Source: Nitrospiraceae bacterium
GTDB taxonomy: Bacteria; Nitrospirota; Nitrospiria; Nitrospirales; Nitrospiraceae
Length of the DNA stretch: 64,000 nucleotides
Reading direction: 5' to 3'
NCBI GenBank assembly: GCA_046351115.1
Contig: JAXLZB010000001.1
Span: forward strand, 2,990,570 to 3,054,569
Shown here: positions 37,956 through 46,499 of the stretch, one piece after another
Position numbering within the stretch: position 1 is the stretch's first letter
Layout of the letters: each line of letters opens with the position of its first letter
Translations under genes and position numbers: made by a program
The notes under the pieces: model-generated
What the model saw: only the letters and a program-made list of their open reading frames with translations
Database searches by the model: none
What the model was told of the DNA's origin: nothing

Positions 37956-39194
37956 GTGACGCATCATCGGAAGCGGGTGGCGTGGACGGTCATCGGGTTG
38001 ATGCTGGGGCTCTGCATGGGGCTAGCCTATGGAGTTCAGCAGGGACTGGCCCAGGATCAAAAATCGGCTCTTTCAATCGACAAAGCATTTCCCAGTTCCA
38101 GCAAGTGCAAGCGCTGTCATGAACGTGTATTCGAAGAATGGGAAACCTCGCCGCTTTCCCGGTCCATCCATACACCAACCTTTCGGGCGGCCCTCGACGC
38201 ATACCTGAATTCCCCGGCCGGCAAAGACAAGGCGTTGTGTTTTCGTTGCCATGCGCCGCACGTCCGGGAGTTCACCGATCAGGCCCAACAGTTCGTTGCC
38301 CAAGCTCAGTCCGGTGAGCCCACGTTCGATGGAGTGGCTTGCGCCCAATGCCATCTGATCAAGCAGGTCGACCGGACGAAACAACCGCCAGAGCCCAAGT
38401 ACGACGTCGGCAGTAAGACCATGTATGGCCCATACAAGGACTTCGCTCAGAATTTGGCCCACCAGTCGATGGAACTCGGTCTCTTCCAGAAGTCCGATCT
38501 CTGTTTGAACTGTCATCAGGTGGTGCCGGCGGCAGCGGACCTCGGCAAGAGCAATGATTTGTTGGGCAACTGGGACCAAAGCAAGGCCGTCAAGTCCGGC
38601 AAGGAATGCCAGGCCTGTCATATGCCGGAGCAGGTCGGAGAATCTGCGAACGGTGAACGGAAACGGAAGGTGGCGAACCATACCTTCCCGGGCCGTATCG
38701 GGCAGCTTCGACAGGAGGCTGTCAAGCTCGAAGTGACCACCAAGGTCGAGGGTGAGAAGACGCTCGTGACGGTCACGGTGCAGAGCTTGGTCCCTCATAA
38801 TCTTCCGACCACGCATCCGGGCTGGGCCAGCGTCGTCCTTGAACTTGATATCAAGGGGAAGAATCTCAAGACGGTCTTCAACGAGAAGCGGATCTATGGA
38901 CGCGCCTACGCCGACGCCAAGGGCCAGAAGACCGTGTTTGATTTTGAAGCCACGAAGGTGCTGGAAGACACCGTCTTGAAGCCGGAAGAAAAGCGTGTGG
39001 AGACCTTCTCATTTCCCACACCGAAGGACACGAAGACGTTCGACGTCGAGGCCAGTCTCAGCTATGCCCCCGTGACCGGTCCCGCTCCGTTCCTGCAGCG
39101 CATCGAGGCAGAATCCTCCAAAGGCGCGCAGGACCCGGTGTTCCAACCGATTCCCATCGTCAAATTCAGCGAGAATATTCCGGTCAATAAATGA
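37956..39194 (+). CDS. Pentahaem cytochrome c (tandem paralogue)
   Basis: Five CxxCH motifs (CKRCH, CFRCH, CAQCH, CLNCH, CQACH), collinear with 36591..37898. GTG 37956 follows ggagga; the ORF-track start is 37923. Confidence 0.8.
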   Translation: MTHHRKRVAWTVIGLMLGLCMGLAYGVQQGLAQDQKSALSIDKAFPSSSKCKRCHERVFEEWETSPLSRSIHTPTFRAALDAYLNSPAGKDKALCFRCHAPHVREFTDQAQQFVAQAQSGEPTFDGVACAQCHLIKQVDRTKQPPEPKYDVGSKTMYGPYKDFAQNLAHQSMELGLFQKSDLCLNCHQVVPAAADLGKSNDLLGNWDQSKAVKSGKECQACHMPEQVGESANGERKRKVANHTFPGRIGQLRQEAVKLEVTTKVEGEKTLVTVTVQSLVPHNLPTTHPGWASVVLELDIKGKNLKTVFNEKRIYGRAYADAKGQKTVFDFEATKVLEDTVLKPEEKRVETFSFPTPKDTKTFDVEASLSYAPVTGPAPFLQRIEAESSKGAQDPVFQPIPIVKFSENIPVNK

Positions 39195-39276
39195 CGTCGA
39201 TCGTATCTCGTCGTGCGAGCACGGCGGGATGCATACGTATGGGCTGTGAGACGAGTGACGGCCGTGCGTTGCGGAG

Positions 39277-39531
39277 CTACTCGGCGACGATTTTCGAGCC
39301 AGGCGATTTCATCTTGAAGATTTGAATCGCGCTGTAGATGCCCTTGGCGGGATGATTGAGGATGAGCCGAGAATTGGTGATGTGAGTGTCGATCAGCTCG
39401 TACTGCCCCCCGCTGTAGAAGATGTCGCAGTCGTCGATCTGGCAGTTTTTGTAGACGTGGTTGTCCAGGCAGAGCTTGGCCTTACTGAAGTTCTGCTGAT
39501 CCACGATGATGTAGGTCGGTTCCAGTCCCAT
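39277..39531 (-). CDS. Hypothetical 84-aa protein
   Basis: gagagga SD 4-6 nt before the ATG. No recognisable motif. Confidence 0.5.
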   Translation of the reverse strand: MGLEPTYIIVDQQNFSKAKLCLDNHVYKNCQIDDCDIFYSGGQYELIDTHITNSRLILNHPAKGIYSAIQIFKMKSPGSKIVAE

Positions 39532-39651
39532 TGGTTCCTCTCGGTCGCGGCACTATAACAAACCCCTTCGGTCTCCGCAAATCTTCACCTCATTGACCGA
39601 GCGCCTCACCCGCAATGCTGCGTCACAGGCGGGGCGCCGGGATTTTTCGTC

Positions 39652-39680
39652 TTGATCCGCTCCTGTCACCTGTATAGAAT
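39652..39680 (+). promoter_or_regulatory. Candidate sigma-70 promoter (TTGATC-N17-TAGAAT)
   Basis: -35 at 39652..39657 and -10 at 39675..39680. Would give a ~210-nt leader for hppA. Confidence 0.4.
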
Positions 39681-39896
39681 GGCGCCACTTTTCCAGTAGT
39701 TAGCGGTCGGAGTCAGCCCCGCACCACCCCGCGGTTTCCGCCGTCCCGACGCATACGCATTCGATGACACATATGCACGGGCGACCGTGTCACAAAGGAC
39801 CTGCACGTTGCATCAAACACCATACTGAATCGAGTTCATTCCTGCGATGCCGATTCTCCTGTCGGATCGGTATCACGCCAACAAAAGGAGCGCACT

Positions 39897-41954
39897 GTGA
39901 GTGACTCAGCGATTATCACCTTTGCATTGATTGCTGCTGCAGCGGGGATCGCGTATGGGCTCTATCTGGCGATGTGGGTGTTCAAGCTGAACGCCGGCAA
40001 TGCCAAGATGCAGGAGATCGCGAAAGCGATTCAGGAAGGCGCCAGCGCCTACATGAACCGTCAGTATAGGATGGTCGGTATGGTGGCGGCGGGTCTTTTC
40101 GTGGTGCTCTGGGGAGCCGGAGCCGTATCGGATAAGTTCGGATTTCTGACGGCAATTGGATTTCTCGTCGGTGCCGGCGCATCGGCGATCGCCGGCTATG
40201 TCGGCATGATCATCGCCGTGCGAGCCAATGTCCGAACGGCACAGGCGGCGCACGATGGAATGAATGCGGCTCTGACCGTGGCTTTCCGTGGCGGTGCCGT
40301 GACCGGTCTTCTGTTGATCGGTCTGGGCTTGCTGGCGATCACGGGGTTCTACACGCTGGCTACACAAATGGCCGGCCAGGAGAAGGCAATCCATGCGCTG
40401 CTGAGCCTTGGATTCGGTGGTAGTTTGATTTCGGTGTTTGCGCGGGTTGGCGGCGGGATCTATACGAAGGCCGCCGACGTGGGCGCAGACTTGGTCGGGA
40501 AAGTCGAAGCGGGAATTCCGGAAGACGACCCTCGCAACCCGGCGGTCATCGCCGATAACGTCGGGGACAATGTCGGCGATTGCGCCGGCATGGCGGCGGA
40601 CCTCTTCGAGACCTACGCGGTGACGACGGTCGCGGCGATGGTACTCGCCTTCACGATGTTCAAGGGACAAAGCGCTCCGATTCTCTATCCACTGGCGTTG
40701 GGTGCTGTCACGATTTTCGCCACGATCATCGGTATTCTATTCGTGAAGGTGAGCCCTGGCGGAGAGATCATGCCGGCCCTCTATAAAGGCCTGTTCGTCG
40801 CCGGTGGGATCGCAGCGGTGGCCTTCTTCCCGATCACGACGAAGGTGATGGAAGGGGTCGGGGGAGTCAGCGGCGTCAGCTACTACATCGCTGCGCTCCT
40901 CGGCTTGATCGTGACGCTGGCCCTGGTATTCATCACCGACTACTACACCTCGAAGAGCTATGCACCGGTGAAGGACATCGCTAAGGCGAGCGAGACGGGG
41001 CATGCGACGAACATCATCGCCGGCTTAGCCGTCGGCATGCAGTCGACGGCCGCGCCGGTGGTGGTGATCGCGGCGGCGATCTTGATCAGCTTCTGGATCT
41101 GCGGCGGGGCGGCCTCCGGCGGTTTGTACGGTGTGGCGGTGGCGGCGGTCTCGATGTTGTCGATGGCCGGGATCGTGGTCGCGATCGACGCATTCGGTCC
41201 GATCACCGACAACGCGGGCGGGATTGCGGAAATGTCTCACTTGGGAAAAGCCGTTCGCGACATTACCGATCCGTTGGATGCGGTCGGCAATACGACCAAA
41301 GCGGTCACGAAGGGCTACGCGATCGGCTCGGCCGGACTTGCGGCGGTGGTGTTGTTTGCCGAGTATTCACGCGAGGTCGCAGCGCATAATCCAGCCCTGG
41401 CGGCTTTTGACCTATCCGATCCAAAGGTGTTGGTCGGATTGTTCTTGGGCGGAATGTTGCCGTTTTTATTCGGCGCGCTCTGCATGAAAGCGGTGGGGCA
41501 GGCAGGCGGCTTGATTGTCGAGGAGGTTCGTCGCCAGTTCCGCACGATTAAGGGCATCATGGAAGGAACGGGGAAACCGGAATACGGGACGTGTGTCGAC
41601 ATCGTGACCCAGGCGGCGATCCAAAAGATGATGATCCCTGGCTTGATTCCGGTCGCTTCGCCGATTGTGATCGGACTCGTGCTTGGACCTCAGGCACTGG
41701 GAGGCATGCTGGTCGGCAGCATCGTGACCGGGCTTTTCGTGGCCATTTCCATGACGAGCGGGGGTGGCGCCTGGGACAATGCGAAGAAGTACATCGAAGA
41801 GCAGGGATTGAAGGGGTCGGATACCCACAAGGCTGCGGTGACCGGCGATACGGTCGGTGACCCCTACAAAGATACCGCTGGGCCTGCCGTCAATCCGATG
41901 ATCAAAGTCATCAATATCGTCGCGCTGTTGATCGTCTCACTGATCGTGCGATAG
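39897..41954 (+). CDS. hppA: Membrane-bound ion-translocating pyrophosphatase
   Basis: [18 protein letters not shown] and [15 protein letters not shown] signatures. 685 aa, GTG start after aaggag. Confidence 0.95.
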   Translation: MSDSAIITFALIAAAAGIAYGLYLAMWVFKLNAGNAKMQEIAKAIQEGASAYMNRQYRMVGMVAAGLFVVLWGAGAVSDKFGFLTAIGFLVGAGASAIAGYVGMIIAVRANVRTAQAAHDGMNAALTVAFRGGAVTGLLLIGLGLLAITGFYTLATQMAGQEKAIHALLSLGFGGSLISVFARVGGGIYTKAADVGADLVGKVEAGIPEDDPRNPAVIADNVGDNVGDCAGMAADLFETYAVTTVAAMVLAFTMFKGQSAPILYPLALGAVTIFATIIGILFVKVSPGGEIMPALYKGLFVAGGIAAVAFFPITTKVMEGVGGVSGVSYYIAALLGLIVTLALVFITDYYTSKSYAPVKDIAKASETGHATNIIAGLAVGMQSTAAPVVVIAAAILISFWICGGAASGGLYGVAVAAVSMLSMAGIVVAIDAFGPITDNAGGIAEMSHLGKAVRDITDPLDAVGNTTKAVTKGYAIGSAGLAAVVLFAEYSREVAAHNPALAAFDLSDPKVLVGLFLGGMLPFLFGALCMKAVGQAGGLIVEEVRRQFRTIKGIMEGTGKPEYGTCVDIVTQAAIQKMMIPGLIPVASPIVIGLVLGPQALGGMLVGSIVTGLFVAISMTSGGGAWDNAKKYIEEQGLKGSDTHKAAVTGDTVGDPYKDTAGPAVNPMIKVINIVALLIVSLIVR

Positions 41955-41984
41955 GGCGAGGCAGAGCCGGATCTCGTGTGTCAG

Positions 41985-42034
41985 GTCTCATTGAGCCGGG
42001 CAATTGTCCCGGCTCAATGAGACTTGTTGCTTTG
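41985..42034 (+). terminator. Rho-independent terminator
   Basis: gtctcattgagccggg / cccggctcaatgagac 16-bp perfect stem with a 7-nt loop, then ttgttgctttg. Confidence 0.85.
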
Positions 42035-42140
42035 AGGCGAGTCGGCCTTTCCTTCAATGGCTTGACGGCTTTACGAACCCTGGGGTAAGGTGACAATAGA
42101 GTGTGGAACAGCCGTGCTCAGTCCACTGGGAGGTGCTCCG

Positions 42141-42338
42141 ATGGAGAAACAAGAGAGGAGACCGGAATCCAGGAAGGAATCCCATAGCAAAGAAGAAGTA
42201 AAGCCGAATCCGAAAGTCGTCGAGTCCGGCAAGAAGATGAAAGAGGACATCGATAAGTTGGTCGATGAAATCGACGACGTGCTCGAAAAAAATGCGGAAG
42301 AATTCGTGAAAAATTACGTGCAAAAAGGGGGCGAATAG
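42141..42338 (+). CDS. pup: Prokaryotic ubiquitin-like protein Pup (C-terminal GGE)
   Basis: 65 aa. DIDKLVDEIDDVLEKNAEEFVKNYVQKGGE matches the conserved Pup C-terminal half. gggaggtg SD. The ORF-track start 42090 is less likely. Confidence 0.85.
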   Translation: MEKQERRPESRKESHSKEEVKPNPKVVESGKKMKEDIDKLVDEIDDVLEKNAEEFVKNYVQKGGE

Positions 42339-42479
42339 CCGCCCCCCCGTTCCGTCTCCCTTCAGCAGCGCCTCCATCCCCCAAACCCTCCCTGAGGTCG
42401 TGCCGCAGTTCTCCGGTCCTTTCCGATGAGTTCCTGCATCGCTGTGCAGGCCGGCGTGTTCAGATGAGATCTGAGTGGT

Positions 42480-42508
42480 TTGACAATCCGTAAGCGAGCC
42501 GATAACAT
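42480..42508 (+). promoter_or_regulatory. Candidate sigma-70 promoter (TTGACA-N17-TAACAT)
   Basis: -35 at 42480..42485 and -10 at 42503..42508, upstream of recJ. Confidence 0.35.
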
Positions 42509-42553
42509 TCCCCTTACTTCTCAGTCACTTCTGACTGTTCAAGCCGCAGACAG

Positions 42554-44269
42554 GTGGTCATGCGACAAAAGCTTTGGGTCTTTCGTCCGTCAAATCCCGC
42601 ACTCCAGATGAATCTGTCTCGAGCCTTGTCAATTTCCCCTGTCACAGCCTCGATCTTGATGGCAAGGGGCGTGACGTCGGCGGATGAGGCGACGCGCTGG
42701 ATGTCCGGAGATCAAGGTGGGCTCCATGATCCTTTCCTGTTGCCGGATATGGAGGCGGCGATCGATCGGCTCCAACGGGCTTTGCGCGGAAATGAGCGTG
42801 TCTGTTTTTACGGCGACTATGATGTGGACGGAGTCTCGGCTACCAGTTTGTATCTTTCGTTTTACCGGGGGCTTGGGGGGCAGGCGATACCCTACATCCC
42901 CCATCGGGTGCAGGAAGGATATGGGCTCAACGAAGCCGCGATACGGCACTTGTCGCAAGAGGGGGTGACGCTGCTCATCACGTCCGATTGCGGGACGACT
43001 TCGCATCGGGAAATCGCGCTGGCGGCGCAACTCGGAATCGATGTCGTGGTGACGGATCACCATCAAACCGACGAGACGATGCCATCTGCGGTCGCGGTAT
43101 TGAACCCGCATCGCCGCGACGCGCGCTATCCGTTTCGTGGACTCTGCTCGGCTGGGCTGGCCTACAAGGTCGTATCGGCCTACTGCAGGAAATACGGTGC
43201 CGGTGAATTGCCGCCGGAATCCTTTCTGGATTTGATGGCGTTGGCCACGGTGGCGGATGTCGTCCCGTTGCAGGATGAAAACCGCATCCTCGTCCGTGAA
43301 GGACTGGCGCAGCTCACACGCGGCGCGCGCTGTGGGGTGCGGGCCCTCAAGCAGGTCGCCGGTATTACAAAACCTTGCACGGCCGAGACCGTTGCGTTTC
43401 GTTTGGGCCCGCGACTGAATGCGGCCGGTCGTCTGGATCATGCGCTTGCCTGCGTTCGACTACTTACGACCGAGTCCGACTATGAAGCCAAAGAGCTTGC
43501 CGACCACCTGGAGCAACTGAATCGGCGGCGACAAGAAATCGAAGAAGACATCACTCGGGAAGCGGGCGAGCAATTGGCGCAGGACGAGTCTCGATCGGCG
43601 ATCGTGTTGGCGTCCTCGAAATGGCACTTGGGCGTGGTGGGGATCGTCGCGGCCCGTCTTGTCGACCGGTTCCACAAACCGAGCATCGTCATGGCCATCA
43701 ACGAGAAGGGGCTCGGGAAGGGGTCGGCGCGGACGGTCGAGGGGTTCGATTTGTACCAGGGGTTGACGGCTTGCCGCGAGCTCCTCGATGCTTACGGCGG
43801 ACACCCAAGCGCGGCCGGCCTTACGATTCAGGCCTCGCGGATCGAAGAGTTCCGCCGGCGCTTCGATGAGGTGGCCACTGCCTGGGCGGGGGCGGCTCCC
43901 TCGCAGCCGACTCTGCACGTTGATGCGGAGGTCAATCTGACGGACGTGAATTTCGGGCTCATCCGGGAATTGGAGTCGCTGCACCCATTCGGCGCGGGCA
44001 ATCCCGAGCCGACGCTGGCTGTGCGGGGATTGCAGGTGTTGGAGGCCCGGGTGGTGGGCGAGAAACACCTCAAGTTGCGGGTTCGTCAAGGCCGGTCCTT
44101 GACGTTCGACAGCATCGGGTTTCGCATGGGATCGTTTGAGGAGTTGGGGCTCACAACGAGCAAGCCGGTGGATCTGGCCTTTAGTCCGGAGCGGAATCAT
44201 TGGAACGGCTACGACCGTCTGCAATTGCGTATCAGAGCATTGCGGATGACGGAGGGAGTGTCCTCGTAA
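42554..44269 (+). CDS. recJ: Single-stranded-DNA-specific exonuclease RecJ
   Basis: FYGDYDVDGVSA and VTDHH (DHH family) motifs. Confidence 0.9.
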   Translation: MVMRQKLWVFRPSNPALQMNLSRALSISPVTASILMARGVTSADEATRWMSGDQGGLHDPFLLPDMEAAIDRLQRALRGNERVCFYGDYDVDGVSATSLYLSFYRGLGGQAIPYIPHRVQEGYGLNEAAIRHLSQEGVTLLITSDCGTTSHREIALAAQLGIDVVVTDHHQTDETMPSAVAVLNPHRRDARYPFRGLCSAGLAYKVVSAYCRKYGAGELPPESFLDLMALATVADVVPLQDENRILVREGLAQLTRGARCGVRALKQVAGITKPCTAETVAFRLGPRLNAAGRLDHALACVRLLTTESDYEAKELADHLEQLNRRRQEIEEDITREAGEQLAQDESRSAIVLASSKWHLGVVGIVAARLVDRFHKPSIVMAINEKGLGKGSARTVEGFDLYQGLTACRELLDAYGGHPSAAGLTIQASRIEEFRRRFDEVATAWAGAAPSQPTLHVDAEVNLTDVNFGLIRELESLHPFGAGNPEPTLAVRGLQVLEARVVGEKHLKLRVRQGRSLTFDSIGFRMGSFEELGLTTSKPVDLAFSPERNHWNGYDRLQLRIRALRMTEGVSS

Positions 44270-46452
44270 TGCCGCACGAGACGGTGACCCGGCTCGACCA
44301 ACTGATCGAGCGTGTCAAAAGCTACAACGTCGACGCAGATCTGGACCTGGTAAAGCAGGCCTATGAATTTTCCGCCAGGGCTCATGAAGGCCAGACCCGG
44401 CGGTCGGGAGAGCCGTATCTTCAACATCCACTGGCCGTCGCGGGCCTCCTGACGCATCTCAAGACCGATGTGGCCGCGATTGTGGCGGGGCTGTTGCATG
44501 ACACGCTGGAGGATACGCTGGCGACGCCGGCCGAACTCGAACAGCGGTTCGGCAAGGATGTGGTCCACCTGGTGGACGGCGTCACGAAGATCGGAAAAAT
44601 TACCTTCCGGAGCTACGAGGAAAAGCAGGCCGAAAATTTTCGCAAGATGGTCCTCTCGATGGCGGACGACATCAGGGTCGTCCTCATTAAGCTGGCCGAC
44701 CGGCTGCACAACATGCGCACGCTCGAGTACCTGAGCGAGCGCAAGCGGCATGAGATCGCCCAGGAAACGCTCGAAATTTACGCCCCGCTGGCGAATCGGT
44801 TGGGGATCGGTTGGATCAAGAACGAACTCGAGGACCTCTGTCTCAAGCATTTGAAGCCGGAGGTGTATGAGCAGCTGCGGATTCGCGTGGCGAAGCGGGA
44901 TGAAGATCGCCAGCAGTACATTCAGGAAGTGATCGAGGTGGTGAAGGGTGCCATTGCCGAAGCGGGCCTCACCGGCGATGTCTATGGGAGGCCGAAGCAT
45001 CTGTACGGCATCTACCAGAAGATGGAAAAGCAATCGATTACCTTCGAGGAGGTCTACGACCTCGCGGCGCTTCGGATCATCACCGATACCAAGATGAGCT
45101 GTTATGCCCTGTTGGGGGTCATCCATTCGCTCTGGCGGCCGCTGCCCGGCCGCTTCAAGGACTACATTGCGATTCCCAAGTCCAACCTGTATCAGTCCCT
45201 GCATACCACTGTAGTTGGCCCAAAAGGTGAGCACGTGGAGTTCCAGATCCGCACGGAGGAAATGCATCGCGTGTCGGAGCACGGCATCGCCGCCCATTGG
45301 AAGTACAAAGAGCAGGGCCGCATCGACGAAAAAGACGGCAAGGTGTTCAGTTGGTTGCGGCAGTTCGTGGAATGGCATCAGGATCTTCCGGACAACCGGC
45401 AATTCATGGATTCCGTGAAGCTCGATCTGTTTCACGACGTGGTCTACGTGTTTACGCCCAAGGGCATGGTCAAGGAGTTGCCCAAAGGGTCGACGCCGGT
45501 CGATTTTGCCTATTCGATCCATACCGAGATCGGAGACCATTGCGTCGGCGCCAAGGTCAACGGGAAGATCGTGCCGCTGAAGCATTCGATGGAGAGCGGT
45601 GATACCATTGAAATTTTGACCTCGCCCAACCAAACGCCGCACAAGGATTGGCTGAAGTTCGTCCGTACGTCTCGGGCCAAGACCAAGATCAAACATTGGA
45701 TCAAGGCGGAAGAGCAGGCGCGGAGCGTGGAAATCGGCAAACGCCTACTGGAGGCCGAGTTCCGTCGCCACGGGCTGGCACCGGCCCAGATGATTCGCTC
45801 GGAACAGCTGCTGGAGGTGGCGAAGCAGGCCGGGTATGAAACGACCGAAGAGTTGGCTGCCGCCGTGGGATTCGGGCATCTCCCGACCTCTCAAATCATC
45901 AGCAAGTTCACCTCCACGGTGCCGGCCGAGACGCAGCCGACGCAAGTCGAGCCGGAGTCGCCCCAGAAACCCGTCGCGGGCAAAGCCGACCATCAAGGTG
46001 TTCAAGTCAAAGGCGCGCGCGATCTTCTCATGCAGCTTTCACGTTGCTGCAACCCCGTTCCCGGTGATCGAATTTTGGGTTACATCACGAGAGGGCGTGG
46101 GCTTACGATTCACACTATCGATTGTCCGAATCTCGAGGCGTTGGACTACGATAAGAACCGGTTGGTGGAAGTCGAGTGGGATTTGGCCATGCCGGGGACC
46201 CATGCAGTCAAGGTCTCGGTCATCGCGGTCGATAGGACGGGCGTGTTGGCAAACGTGTCGGCAGCCATTGCCGAATGTTCCGCCAACATCAGTCGTGCGG
46301 AAATCACAACCAGGGAAGACCGTAAGGCTGTCCTCGATTTCGTCATCGAGATTACGGATACGGCCCATTTGCATCGGGTCCTGAAGACAATCGAAAAGGT
46401 CGATGGTGTCATCACTGCCCGCCGAGTTCGGTCGTGGCAGGAGCGGGCATGA
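44269..46452 (+). CDS. rel: Bifunctional (p)ppGpp synthetase/hydrolase (RelA/SpoT homologue)
   Basis: HD domain (HPLAVAG...HDTLEDT), synthetase YQSLHTTV, TGS and ACT regions. ATG 44269 overlaps the recJ stop (TAATG); the ORF-track start is 44200. Confidence 0.9.
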   Translation: MPHETVTRLDQLIERVKSYNVDADLDLVKQAYEFSARAHEGQTRRSGEPYLQHPLAVAGLLTHLKTDVAAIVAGLLHDTLEDTLATPAELEQRFGKDVVHLVDGVTKIGKITFRSYEEKQAENFRKMVLSMADDIRVVLIKLADRLHNMRTLEYLSERKRHEIAQETLEIYAPLANRLGIGWIKNELEDLCLKHLKPEVYEQLRIRVAKRDEDRQQYIQEVIEVVKGAIAEAGLTGDVYGRPKHLYGIYQKMEKQSITFEEVYDLAALRIITDTKMSCYALLGVIHSLWRPLPGRFKDYIAIPKSNLYQSLHTTVVGPKGEHVEFQIRTEEMHRVSEHGIAAHWKYKEQGRIDEKDGKVFSWLRQFVEWHQDLPDNRQFMDSVKLDLFHDVVYVFTPKGMVKELPKGSTPVDFAYSIHTEIGDHCVGAKVNGKIVPLKHSMESGDTIEILTSPNQTPHKDWLKFVRTSRAKTKIKHWIKAEEQARSVEIGKRLLEAEFRRHGLAPAQMIRSEQLLEVAKQAGYETTEELAAAVGFGHLPTSQIISKFTSTVPAETQPTQVEPESPQKPVAGKADHQGVQVKGARDLLMQLSRCCNPVPGDRILGYITRGRGLTIHTIDCPNLEALDYDKNRLVEVEWDLAMPGTHAVKVSVIAVDRTGVLANVSAAIAECSANISRAEITTREDRKAVLDFVIEITDTAHLHRVLKTIEKVDGVITARRVRSWQERA

Positions 46453-46499
46453 GGAGTGCACCTTTCCGGCTGGTCGTCTCCTAGAAGGATATTTCTAGT

